DNA from: Perna viridis
Taxonomy: Eukaryota
NCBI GenBank assembly: GCA_037379345.1
Contig: CM074513.1
Span: 34,096,885 to 34,160,884 of the forward strand
DNA length: 64,000 bases
Reading direction: 5' to 3'
The notes under the pieces: generated by a model
Database searches by the model: none
What the model was told of the DNA's origin: nothing
Seen by the model: the letters and a program-made list of their open reading frames with translations, nothing else
Shown: positions 42,801 through 54,800 of the stretch, one piece after another
Position numbering within the stretch: the first letter of the stretch is position 1
How the letters are laid out: every line of letters begins with the position of its first letter
Program-made: the position numbers and the translations under genes

Positions 42801-45800
42801 AATGTAGTGGAAAAATTAAAATCAGCATGAATTACAGGAAAGAGCATTTATGTAAATAGACTGCACAGCTCACCATCTGAGAAGAGATGAAACTTCTGAC
42901 TTAATTTGTAAAAGTTCTGCAGAAAATTAGTAAAAGTTTTAAATAATTGAATGCAGATCTGTTGCTTAAATTTGTAACATTACTGAAGGTGTAAATTGTG
43001 CTGTCAGAAATTTGGCATGATCTCAAAGTTTGTCGGTTTAACTTGATTTGTATGTAAAATATTGAATAGAAAATAGCGTTTGACTTTCAAACAGAGAAGA
43101 AATACTGTTGAAATGCACTCTTAACTTGTATGATAATAATACATTGGACTACACTATGAATTTGGCAGAATAATTACCATAAGATGGTGCATTAATACAA
43201 AAAATCAGCACAATTTAACATGCTGATATGATATGTGTACTTAGGATTTACTTTCAAACAGTAAATGTCTTATGGGTCAATACTGGGGTCACAAGTGAAA
43301 CATCTTAGTGCAGTCTGATTGATATAAAGTATCAAATTTTGGTTTAAAAAGGTCTATGGTCACACCCTGGGGGTCATACTACAGGGGTCACATCACAGCA
43401 GTACTAAATACAACTTGACTTACATCTCGATGGAACGAATTGTGGTTTTCTGACAAGACTCTTAGTTCATATTTTGTAATCATAAGCTATGACTTATTCC
43501 CAGGGACATGATAATTTTGTTTCCTGATATTTTATAACTTCTTTTCCTGCCTACCGTTTTACTATATCTGGTTTTCTTATCATATTCCTGCATTATAATT
43601 AATGATTCAGCTATCCAGGACCTGTTTAATATCTAATGATTTTCCATGCTCAATCTCTGACCAAAACCTGGTTTTCTTTTCATTTTCACATTAATAAATG
43701 ATATTTCCATGAGTTTGTTATGTAAAGCAACAGTCACACCTGTGTATCAGATGGTTAGCAGGTGCTAAAGTCATAGTAAAGTATGGGTGCCCTGTAGTAC
43801 TCCTGGAGTACATAGGTCTTCAGACACACCCAATGGGTGACATTTTATTTGACATAAAATTACCAGTATTGGGTAAAAATGTATAATTTGTCCTGAAACA
43901 AGGACTAAAAGATTTTTATATAATTAAATAATAACCACATTCTTTAAATCTGGGGGATTTGTTAAAAAAGTGCTCAAAATGGAAGCTGAGAAAAAAATAA
44001 ATGGTAGACGAAAATTGAAAATACATCTAATATTAATGGTCCTGACTGGATATAGGATTGCAATAAAAAGGGTTGTAGCCAAAGATATTTTATAGTAAGA
44101 ACCTAGTTAAACTGGACTGTTGAAAGACCTTTAACTCATTTACTAATTTATTTTTGCATTTTCAACATATGTTAATTAAGCACCTTCCACAAACACAATA
44201 AAAAAGTCTGATGGATTTTTGGTTTAGACAGGTCTATGAAAATAGATTTCTTGTATGTAAGCCCCTCTCTCAATTTCTTATATGCAATTTCCTGTATGTA
44301 AGCACCTCTCTCAATTTCTTGTAGGTAAGCCCCTCTCTCATTTTCTTGTATGTAAGCTCCTCTGTCAATATCTTGTATGTAAGCCCTTCTCTAAATTTCT
44401 TATATGCAATTTCCTGTATGTAAGCACCTCTCTCATTTTCTTGTATGTAAGTTCCTCTTTCAATTTCCTGTATGTAAGCACCTCTATCAATTTCTTGTAG
44501 GTAAGCCCCTCTCTCATTTTCTTGTATGTAAGCCCCTCTCTCAATTTCTTGTATGTAAGTCCCTCTCTAAATTTCCTGTATGTAAGCACGTCTCTCAATT
44601 TCTTGTAGGTAAGCCCCTCTCTCATTTTCTTGTATGTAAGCCCCTCTCTCAATTTCTTGTAAGTCCCTCTCTGAATTTCCTGTATGTAAGCACTTCTCTC
44701 AATTTATTGTAGGTAAGCCCCTCTCTCATTTTCTTGTATGTAAGCTTCTCTCTCAATATCTTGTATGTAAGCCTTTCTCTTAATTTCTTATATGCATTTT
44801 CCTGTAGGTAAGCACCTCTTTCAATTTCTTGTACGTAAGCCCCTCTCTCAATGAATTTCAACCTCGACAAATTCATTTGTAAATTTATTTTATATTTTTA
44901 GATTCCTAGCTGCTTATTTGTCTTGTCATATGTGTGTTTTGCTGGTAATTTATGACAGGGTAGGAAACACTCAAATTCAAGCCAGTCCTGAATACAATTT
45001 TTCAATATATTTACTATATGGCTGTATAGATTTTTCCTAAAAATAGCCAGCCCTGCCAAAAAATAGCCAGTCTGGAGCTGGTGGGCAGTTCAGTTCATTT
45101 TGATTTTTTTATAAATGGATTTCTTATTAATATTCTGCTTATCAACTTCTATTTGACTAACATTTCAATAGGTATTGAATTCTTCACCTTTATCTCAATA
45201 TTGTAATATTCTTATAATAGGAGGGATTATGCATTTACAATGAAAGCTTTTTCCCTGGAAACCCCATCAAACTAGGATTTACTGATAACTTGAAATCTCG
45301 GCTTTAAATACAAACCATGAAAACAGTAGAGATCTCCAATGGGAAGTCAGATTATCTTAGTTTTCTTTAGAGTTTAGAGTTTCTGTATTATACATTGAAT
45401 CAGGTTCACATCTCATTGTGATAAGTCAGCTGATGGTATCGAGGAAACACCTGTTCCCTGCTTATACCAGCCTTCTCTGTCTTATCTGGCTCTCATATCA
45501 ATATATAAACTTATCTATTATGTTTAAAACTATGTTTTTGTTTATGTGAATAACATTACACATCTGGGTATATCTTTACAAAATGTCCCTAATTCTGTTT
45601 ACAGAATTAGGTTTACTGTTATACAATTAAGCAAGGCTTTTGGATAAGTTGTTTATATATTAAGTACTTTACCATATCTTTGATGTTTTCCTGTGTAGCA
45701 TATCAAAAAGCTTATGTAATTTTAAGTTATTTTATGTTTGAATATTAGAAATATGAATCTAAGTAAGCGATCAAATTGTTCACCTTGTTCTGAGTCCAAA

Positions 45801-48800
45801 GAAGTAAAAAGTTCTGATTCTGTACTGTATGCTTGGGCATGTTATCATTGATTTATACCTGAATTTAATATTTAAAATTTATATCATGTATTCATCTATT
45901 ACTCTGAGGTTCTGACAGTTTAGTTTATCAAGTAAAATAGTCAATCTCAGATATGGGTCCCTGATAAAGATCTGCATTTTCTGAGATTCACAGTAATTAT
46001 GATTAAAATCTTGTCTATTGCTGTAATAAGATATACTTTTTATAGTATTGCATAATATTGTGCATGACTGAAATCTGTTATCAGGCAAATAATGCTAATT
46101 TTCTACTTTGAATGATTCCGTAGAACATCTACATGGAGAATTTATATTAGCCCAGGAAATTGTTCATTCTTTAATTATTCAATCATACATACCACAATAA
46201 AAGATAAATATAGAGTTTCCTACATGTAAAATTATACAGTTATGTTCATTCTATATTAAAATATGATAGTCTTATTCTCTTGTGTTTTCTTTAATGATTT
46301 AGGATTTTAGATCATTCTATGTTCATTTCTTGTGCTCAGGTCATTTTTGTGAAGAGGGGTATTTTTTAAACTTTTTATTTTTTACATATGTGATGTGAGA
46401 GGTTTTTAAAAAGTTCATTGCCAAATGAAATGATAATTGAGGTGCTTTTATTCATGTATTATTTGCTTTTTTGATGTGGGAATCAAAATGGGCAATAAAA
46501 CACACTTTAATCATATGAGGGATAATTTTTGCAGTGGCCTTAGATTTATAAGGCTTTCATAGAGGCATTTTGATGATATGCTGGTACAGTACATACAACA
46601 ATACTAGAGGAGAGCCAAAATAATAATTTTTTTTTGCCAAGGATTACAACTATGAAACTACAACTTCTCTATCACTAGATTTATCCATTTTAAGTCCTTG
46701 CTTGTGAAATAAAAAATTTATATTGACCAGTATACATTCATTAGTCATTGGGTAGTCATTTATGATTTGTTGTTTTTTTTTTAATTTGTTTCAGTGACCT
46801 CAGCAACAACCAGATTTCTAGGATAGACAATGGAGCATTTAGTGGACTCATTTTTCTTAATTCTTTGTAAGTTAAATGTTAATACAAGAAAAGAAAAAGA
46901 AAATAATTTTTCCCAAAATTAAATTAGTCTTCTGTGTTGTTTATGTTGAAAACTTTAATGAAACAAATTTATCGAAAGGAATAGTTGGGTTTTCATATTT
47001 ATGATATATAGTATATGAATTTAAGTGAAATTGTGAATTATGAAGCTTGATTGGTTATACATGGGTTTGTTTTGTAGAGTTCTGTATGGGAACAAGATAG
47101 AAGATTTGCCATCAGGTGTATTTAATGGTCTTTCTTCACTCCAGCTGCTGTAAGTACTGAACTCTTATTCTTAACCATTCTTCATTTGATGAAAATTGCT
47201 TCACAGAGTAGTTTTAATATCAGTTTAACTGGAAATTTTCATACAATGAAAACTTTGCGTACATTTCACAGTCTGGTTGGGCTTTTGTTTCTTTAATACA
47301 CTTACAGTTTGTACAGTCTTCTCTTTGTCTTTCTATATCCATGTAACTATTTTTAAGCAATAATTGAGCAAATTTGCCTGTTAAGACTTCTTCGTTTACT
47401 GATTCATGGTTGACATTCTTTCCATTTTAGATTATTGAATGCTAATAAAATAAAATGTGTGAGGACAGATGCATTTAAAGATTTATACAACTTAAATCTT
47501 CTGTAAGTATTATTAATAAATGATTTCATGTAAAGTCTCAGATTTCTTACATTTCTATACTTTAAGATTTTGAATGATTTTATGTAACCAGTAAAAATAC
47601 CACCAAGGATGACAACCCGCTGAGGATTTTCTTAATGGAGAAGGTTTAATTCTGTTTGATATTATGATCATTGAGAATCTGAACAATAGAAATCCCTCTG
47701 TATTGAATTCTACAATGTTATCATTTTACAACAGAGTATAAAAGATAGAACAAACTAATTTCTTTAAAAAAAATTGCACCACATATTGTCCAACATTAAA
47801 GGTATAGTATAGTATTTTTTTTCTCTTTACTCTTTCTTCTTTCAATGACCATTCAGAAACAGGACATTTTGAAAATAAACCATTAGTGTTGATTTCATTT
47901 TAAAAATTCATGATATATGTTCTTCCAAATTTATTCAGTGATATTTTTTTTGTTTAGTTCTCTCTATGACAATCAGATCCTGTCACTCGCAAATGGAACT
48001 TTTGATCCTTTGAGAAATATACAGACTTTGTAAGTATAAAATAATACTATTAAGTAAAAAGTCAAGTTTTTTTTTAGAACAGCTTCTTACAAACCCAAGA
48101 GCATCAAGTTGGCCAACAAAAAAAAAGATGTTAAGTTATTGATTAGAAAACACATATGTAGAAACACTAAAGTCAAGATAAGGGCACAAAAAATTCTTAA
48201 ATTGCCTACTAGATTATTGATTGCAAAGATATTTAGCTTGATTCCTGTTGACAATGTAAACTGTGCTATGCTTTCCATGTCTAAAGAAAAGAAAACTCCC
48301 TTCTGTAACATGTAAGTTAAACTTTAAAGATGAACAAATACTACTATGTTCTTTCAGACATTTAGGAAGAAACCCGTTTATCTGTGATTGTAACCTTGCG
48401 TGGCTTGTTGACTACCTCTTTAAAAATCCCATAGAGACTAGTGGAGCTCGGTGCGAGAGTCCACGTAGAATGGAAAGAAAGAGAATCTCTACAGCTAAAT
48501 CTACTAAGTTTAAATGTAAAGGTTTGTGTGGTGTAGGCATGTGTGTTTTAGCACTTTATATTGTTGAAGTATCATTGTTATGGGAGCACTATTTTGTTTA
48601 GTTTTGTAGAATAGACAGAACCAATAAAAGAAATGTGTTCAGTGAAATGTTACTAATTGATTCCAAGAAATAACAAAATTTCACAAACTTTGTATTCCTG
48701 TAACTAACAAAATTAAAAACTAAAAATTCTATATAATTAACAAACTCAAAATTCTAGTAACCAAAACAAACTCAAAATTATAGTAACTAAAAAATATTAA

Positions 48801-51800
48801 TGAACTTAAATTTTTTTAAACTAAGAAAATTTCACAAAATTGATACCAAGAACAAGCATATTTCAACAACAGATTTGCTTCTATTTTATTACAAATAATG
48901 AAAAACACATAATTTATGAAAAGATGTTCATAAACATAAATGTTCTAAGTCCTTCCATCAGTTCTGTAAATATAAAAGTCGGTTTTAAGTTGAAAAAACC
49001 CATAATAGTTTTAATCAATAACTTAAGACATTTTTGTGAGTTAAATATTGTATTATGCAGTTTCTTTTAAGTTAGTAATCACAAATGTAATTTTTGTATT
49101 GTATTCAGGTGCTGAACATCACAGAACAGAGAATGCTGGGAGCTGTATGGTAGATATGGCATGTCCTGATTCATGTGTCTGTCTCGGGACAGTAGTGGAC
49201 TGTTCTGGACGCGGACTGACAGCTATTCCTAAAGACATTCCTACATATACTACCTCACTGTGAGTTATATTTTCAATAATGAGTATTGATATCTCAATGT
49301 TGAGCTTGAATTTGACAGAGATTAAACTCTAATACATACCTGTTAACCTTTTCAACAAATCATGTTGGAAAGTAATCAAGGGAACCAAGGGTATAGCGGT
49401 AATCAAAAGAATGTAATCCAGGGACAAAGACCAGACATTGAAAACAGACATACACAACAAAGAACATAAAGCAACTAAAATCATACATACAAAGTAACAA
49501 AAGTAAATGAGCAACTCAGACTCCACTAAAAACTGGGAGCATGGACCAGGTGCACCGGTAGGGTAAGCGTCCTCTGCTTTTCTAGAAACACCCGCCGATT
49601 TGCTCATAAAAAGTCAAGTCCGGGGTAGACAAACGAGGGAAGGAAAACTATGACCCGTTGAATAAATCAGTTTTCATGGTGCTGATGGATACACCATAAC
49701 GATCTCCTCCATTGACACTGTCTGATTTGGGAGATGTTACGTATAAGCAAAGTTTGATATTAAAATTCAATTTTAAATATTTTTCACAGAAATCATAGTA
49801 ATTTTAACCAAATACTTCTCACAAATCTTACTTTTTAATGCGGGAGATTCTAAATTTTTTATTGATTTTGTGGAAGTTCCCCCCCCTCCCACAAACCCCC
49901 CTTTGTGAGAGGGTTAACAGGTATGCTGATACTATTGCTTTATTTATCATATCCTTGTTTATAAGAAGGAACTATACTGCCATCACACCTTGTCATTTCA
50001 TTTTGTATAAAAACAATATTTGTCACTAATTTTCTCAGCTTCTGTTAGGTAGAATGATTTCTCATTTGGTGTACTATTTTGAAATAACTAATTGAAGGTA
50101 AATATTTTCCTTCTATCATTTCTCCCTGATGTCAACTTCTTGTCATTCTCAGCACAACATTGCACACAGCCTCTTTTTATACAGTTATTTTTAACACCAC
50201 AAAGAGAGTCAATATTTGTCCTTTTCTTCAGATTTGAGTTTTAATTTGAAATGAACTGTATTTAAGAGGGTATATTGGTCAATGTTATAAAGCCAAAAAA
50301 ACCTAAGCATTCCAGAACACCCATGTTCTAGCTGAAACATTTAAACAGAGAATCTTGCACATAACATTTTATATTTTAATTACTTTGCAGGAAGCTGAAC
50401 AATAATAAGTTAACAAGAATAGAATCATTATCAGGACTACTCAGTCAGTTAGATAAACTTAGATCCATGTAAGTTTTACTTGCCAACTAATGTATAACCA
50501 TAGACTTTAGGTTACAGTTGAAACAAATGTAGAGATTTCATTATATAGTTTGTCACACTATATTATCTACCAGTAGAATAGATATTAAATTTCCATGATT
50601 TGATGAAACTAATTGGCAGTCTCTGTAAGAGTCAGGCAGTGGTGAAACATGGCATGACAAACCCCACCATTTTGAAAGTTTAATTTGACTATTTGCATCG
50701 ATGAAAATGCACTGAAAATGAACATTTCAAGGGCAGATAACTCATGTTTTCTAACATTCTATAGAAAAATTTCTGAGCAAATCCAGTGACACAGAAATCA
50801 AGTAATGGTCTTTTCACATAGAGAAAGCATCCTTAGTGAAATTATATTGTCAGAATGGTGGTTTATGACATGCATGTTTCTGATTTTTTTCAATTTTTCC
50901 TGATTCTTACAAATACTTACACTTAAGCCACAACTATAATCTCATTGATTTTTTGGTTAAGATGAAAACAATTGAAATTAACCAACTAATGTTAATATGT
51001 GGTGGTATACTTTTTTTTATTCACCAACAGAGATCATCAGATCTATCATTTATTATTAAAAATTTTGAAGGAAACAAGACTTGTTTTTTTATATCAATTA
51101 TTTATGGTTATAAAGTGCTTCTTAAAATAAATGTACAAGAATAAAACATCTTCAGAGTTTGTATCACTGTTATAATTCATCATGTTTTTTATACACAAAT
51201 CCACATTTTATTACCCAGTAGTTGCTGGCAATTTTATGGACCTGAGTTAATGCTCTTCTTTTTTTATTGAGGATGATTTATAAGAAACATTCTTACTACA
51301 TTTTTTTTAGTGACTTAAGCAATAACCAGATAGATACAGTTGATGATATGGCTTTTGATGGAGCTACATATCTTACAGAGATGTAAGTCTCATTAATGGT
51401 ACCTTATACTAGAAATAAAAAGATAAGAAAAGCCCTTGAATTTTCTGTCTGATTGTAACCTGGTTTTCATACAAGATATTGCAGGCCTTGAAACCATAAT
51501 TTTCATCAAGTTGTAATAACTGCTTGTTTAACTGTCATTCCTATGGTGCTAGAGATAATCTCTGGTTTCTGGGTGGATCTTAAGGGCATCAGAAACTGTG
51601 TACTATCTCCTGTTAAAGTAAAATTGTAGTATACAATGTGCACTGTGTATTAATGCATTTTGTGTTTCATTTATCAGCATTGTTTAATGTAAAAAAAAGT
51701 AATGTCCTCAAGACCCCATCCCCCACAAAAAAAGGTTTACTTAAGTTCTGGTGCATGTACATGTAATAGTTTTTATGTTGTTAGTTGATAGTTGTCTTTT

Positions 51801-54800
51801 TTATTTTATTTGTAAAAATATTTTTAATTTCAGAAACCTTGGTTACAATAAGATCAGTAAATTAACCATGAAGATGTTGTATGGCTTAAGATCAGTTCAC
51901 ACAATGTAAGCATCAGTTAAATCTTTCATTTGATAGCCCTATTTTTTCATCAATTATTTATATTTTCGTAAATTGCAGTAATTTCATCTTCAATAGATAC
52001 TCCAAAATAAAATGATAGTTCATTCATGAGGTTTCTATATTTAAGTGCATTATAATATAATGGCATTCATATCTGTCCAATTTTGCATTACAATGAGATG
52101 CAGCTCCTGAAATGTTACAACTGTTGATATTTTGGAAGAATGTCTGGCATCCGAGCTTAAAAATCCATTATTTGATAATATCAAATAAACTGCATTTGCT
52201 GATGAATCGATTGTATGGGTGTAATCATTTCTCATTTGTTTTATTCAATGATCCAGCAGTTTTTTTGCTGAGTTGTTTGTTGTGATGCTTGGTACAGTAT
52301 GGTATGTGCCAGAATTCGCAGACAACCTGTTAGATTTGATTTAGTCAAATCTGTTTACAGACAGACTGACTTGCCAAAATTTACGGACTTTGTTTATCAT
52401 CATTATAATACTATATTAAATCTATGATAAATCATTCTCTACCTATTGATGGTTTGGAGATTTGTCAACATTTTTACAGTATTTTCTTTGATGGGAAGTA
52501 AGTAAAATGGTGCATTTGACCCCAGGAAACAAACAATTTGGCATTGTTATAAGGTCTTAGGATTTTTGCTTCACAGTTGTCATTGCAGTTTCAGAATGAG
52601 GTAATTTTACCTTACATAACTTGCTGTTTTTGTTCTTAGAACTTCAGTGCAACTTACATACTAAGTTAACAATGTACTATATTATTACCTGAGTGATGGA
52701 AACTATAAATGGATGTCAAAGGTATGAGATTCCAATAGCAATATTTGGGATGTATAAAGTTAGGATGAGTTGTTTCTGATTTGTTTGTTTTTGCAGGTCT
52801 CTGGACAAGAACCAAATTACATGTATCAGTAATACAACTTTCTCAGAAATGCCAGATCTTCGACATTTGTAAGTATTTAATGTTCTATTTAAACATTTAT
52901 TGGATAAAAACCAAGACAAACATTGAATTGTATTTTTTTATTGTTTGTTTGTTATTTCATCTGGTACAAGATTTTGTTCTTTTTTTTTTTTTCTTATTTT
53001 CGTTTTTTTAGGAAATGATAAAAGTGTAAGTCATGTTCAGAAACTTTTAGAACCATTGCTTTAAGCTTCAATTATTCCAGGAGTCCTATAAAATCAATAT
53101 ACATGCAAATGATTACATCTTCCAGTTACTTACAGATACTTCAGAAGCATACAATATCTTTTCTGTTGACTTGCTTACATTTAATAATATTACAATCTGT
53201 CAACCTTTCAATAAATTGGGATGCTTATGAATAAATTGTCTGATTTATGATACAGTATAGTTTCAACTGATCAATAGTTTCTTCATCATAGAGAATGCAG
53301 TTTGTGATGTAAAATTCTTTTCTATGTAGGTCTCTGTATAGCAATCAGATAAGATGTGTTATGGAAGGTGCGTTTGACAGGCAACATTATCTGGCATCAT
53401 TGTAAGTCTCCTGGGATGTGTTTGATTAGCTTCCATAAGATTCACAAGAATATTTCTTATTGTATGAAATAAATAGTATATATAATGTCAAAATGAAAAT
53501 ATTGATCATGATTTTTTTTCCTTAGAAAAACTTATTTGGTTGATTTTTTTTATTCTGTGTAAAAATAGAACAATAGAGAATCAAGAAGCGTATTAAAATC
53601 AATTCCCTTGATAAATCAGATTTCATAATATTTATTTCTGAATGTCAAGACTAAACTTTTAGGTATGAAAGCAACTGATATGAAGAAAAAAATGTCTTCA
53701 TCATGATAATGTAAGATAGTTAATCATCAGTTAATTCTTACGTGTTTAGTTCAAATTTAATAAAAATTATGCCATCATTTTTAAGATGTTGGTTATATGA
53801 GTTAATTATGTGTTAAAGTTTTTCCTAAAGTTAAGGATTCTACATAATCTAAGCATTAGATAGATTGAAGAGGCTTTTTGGTTATTCTTTTGTAAATTTT
53901 TGATCATATCACTTCCAACTTTTTTTAATAAAAATGTAATACCTATATTGCATAAAGGTATTGAAAAATTCTAAGATTTAAAATTGATTGAAGCCCTGCC
54001 AAACTTAGTGTTAAAGGTCCATGGAAGTTCTTACTGTAAGTTGATTGAACGGAGAGACATAAGTACTCTTGGACAAATAAGTATCAGGTGTTCATAGCGG
54101 CAATCCTGAAGGACCTTCTGTTCAAAAATCTTTTAGATCATAAATCAGTTCATAAATAGATACTCAGCCGTCTAGACACACTATCTTTTCCAAAAAATTT
54201 CTAAATAGTCAACATTTATCATGACTTAAAGAGACAATTTATCAAACCTTAATCAGGATGAATACAGTTTGTGAAGTAGTTAAATTTATTTTGATAAATT
54301 ACTAACTCTATCAGTATCAATTAATGGTAAATATTGGGTGATAGATTCTTATTGGTGTCCTAAGTTAAAGACTTTGACATTCCACATTGTCATGTGAAGA
54401 TAGATAGACCTTTCATCTATAGAAATGTGACATAATAGGTGAAACAGACTTCATTGTCAACAGATACTTTATTAGTTAATTTACATCAAGTGATGGGATA
54501 TCACTGAATATTGGTCTCCATGTAGGGAAATAAAGACTAAAAAATCATGAATAAAAATGGGCAAGTACTTTATGAAGCTGTTTTGTGAGGATTAGAGAGA
54601 TTAAAGCTGCACAAGTTGTCAATGCATGTGGCATTCTTATATAATGTAAAGCAACTGTTATCTCTTATTCAAGAGTAAAATTGTTTTTAAAATGTATAAG
54701 ATTGTTTGTTAGCAAATAAAAACATTAATGTAAGTTCTGGTTTATATTATGAAATGCATACTAATGAGTCCTGTTCTTATTTTTTGGTTACATTCATAAT

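Noticed and set aside
44282-44876. REGLTYKKM-repeat ORFs
   Set aside because: Translation artefact of a 27-bp minisatellite that is open in several frames on both strands.
48522-49108. Equivalent of the 24-bp alternative micro-exon in the vertebrate SLIT2 D2-D3 linker
   Set aside because: No convincing AG...GT-bounded in-frame micro-exon seen; it cannot be excluded without RNA data.
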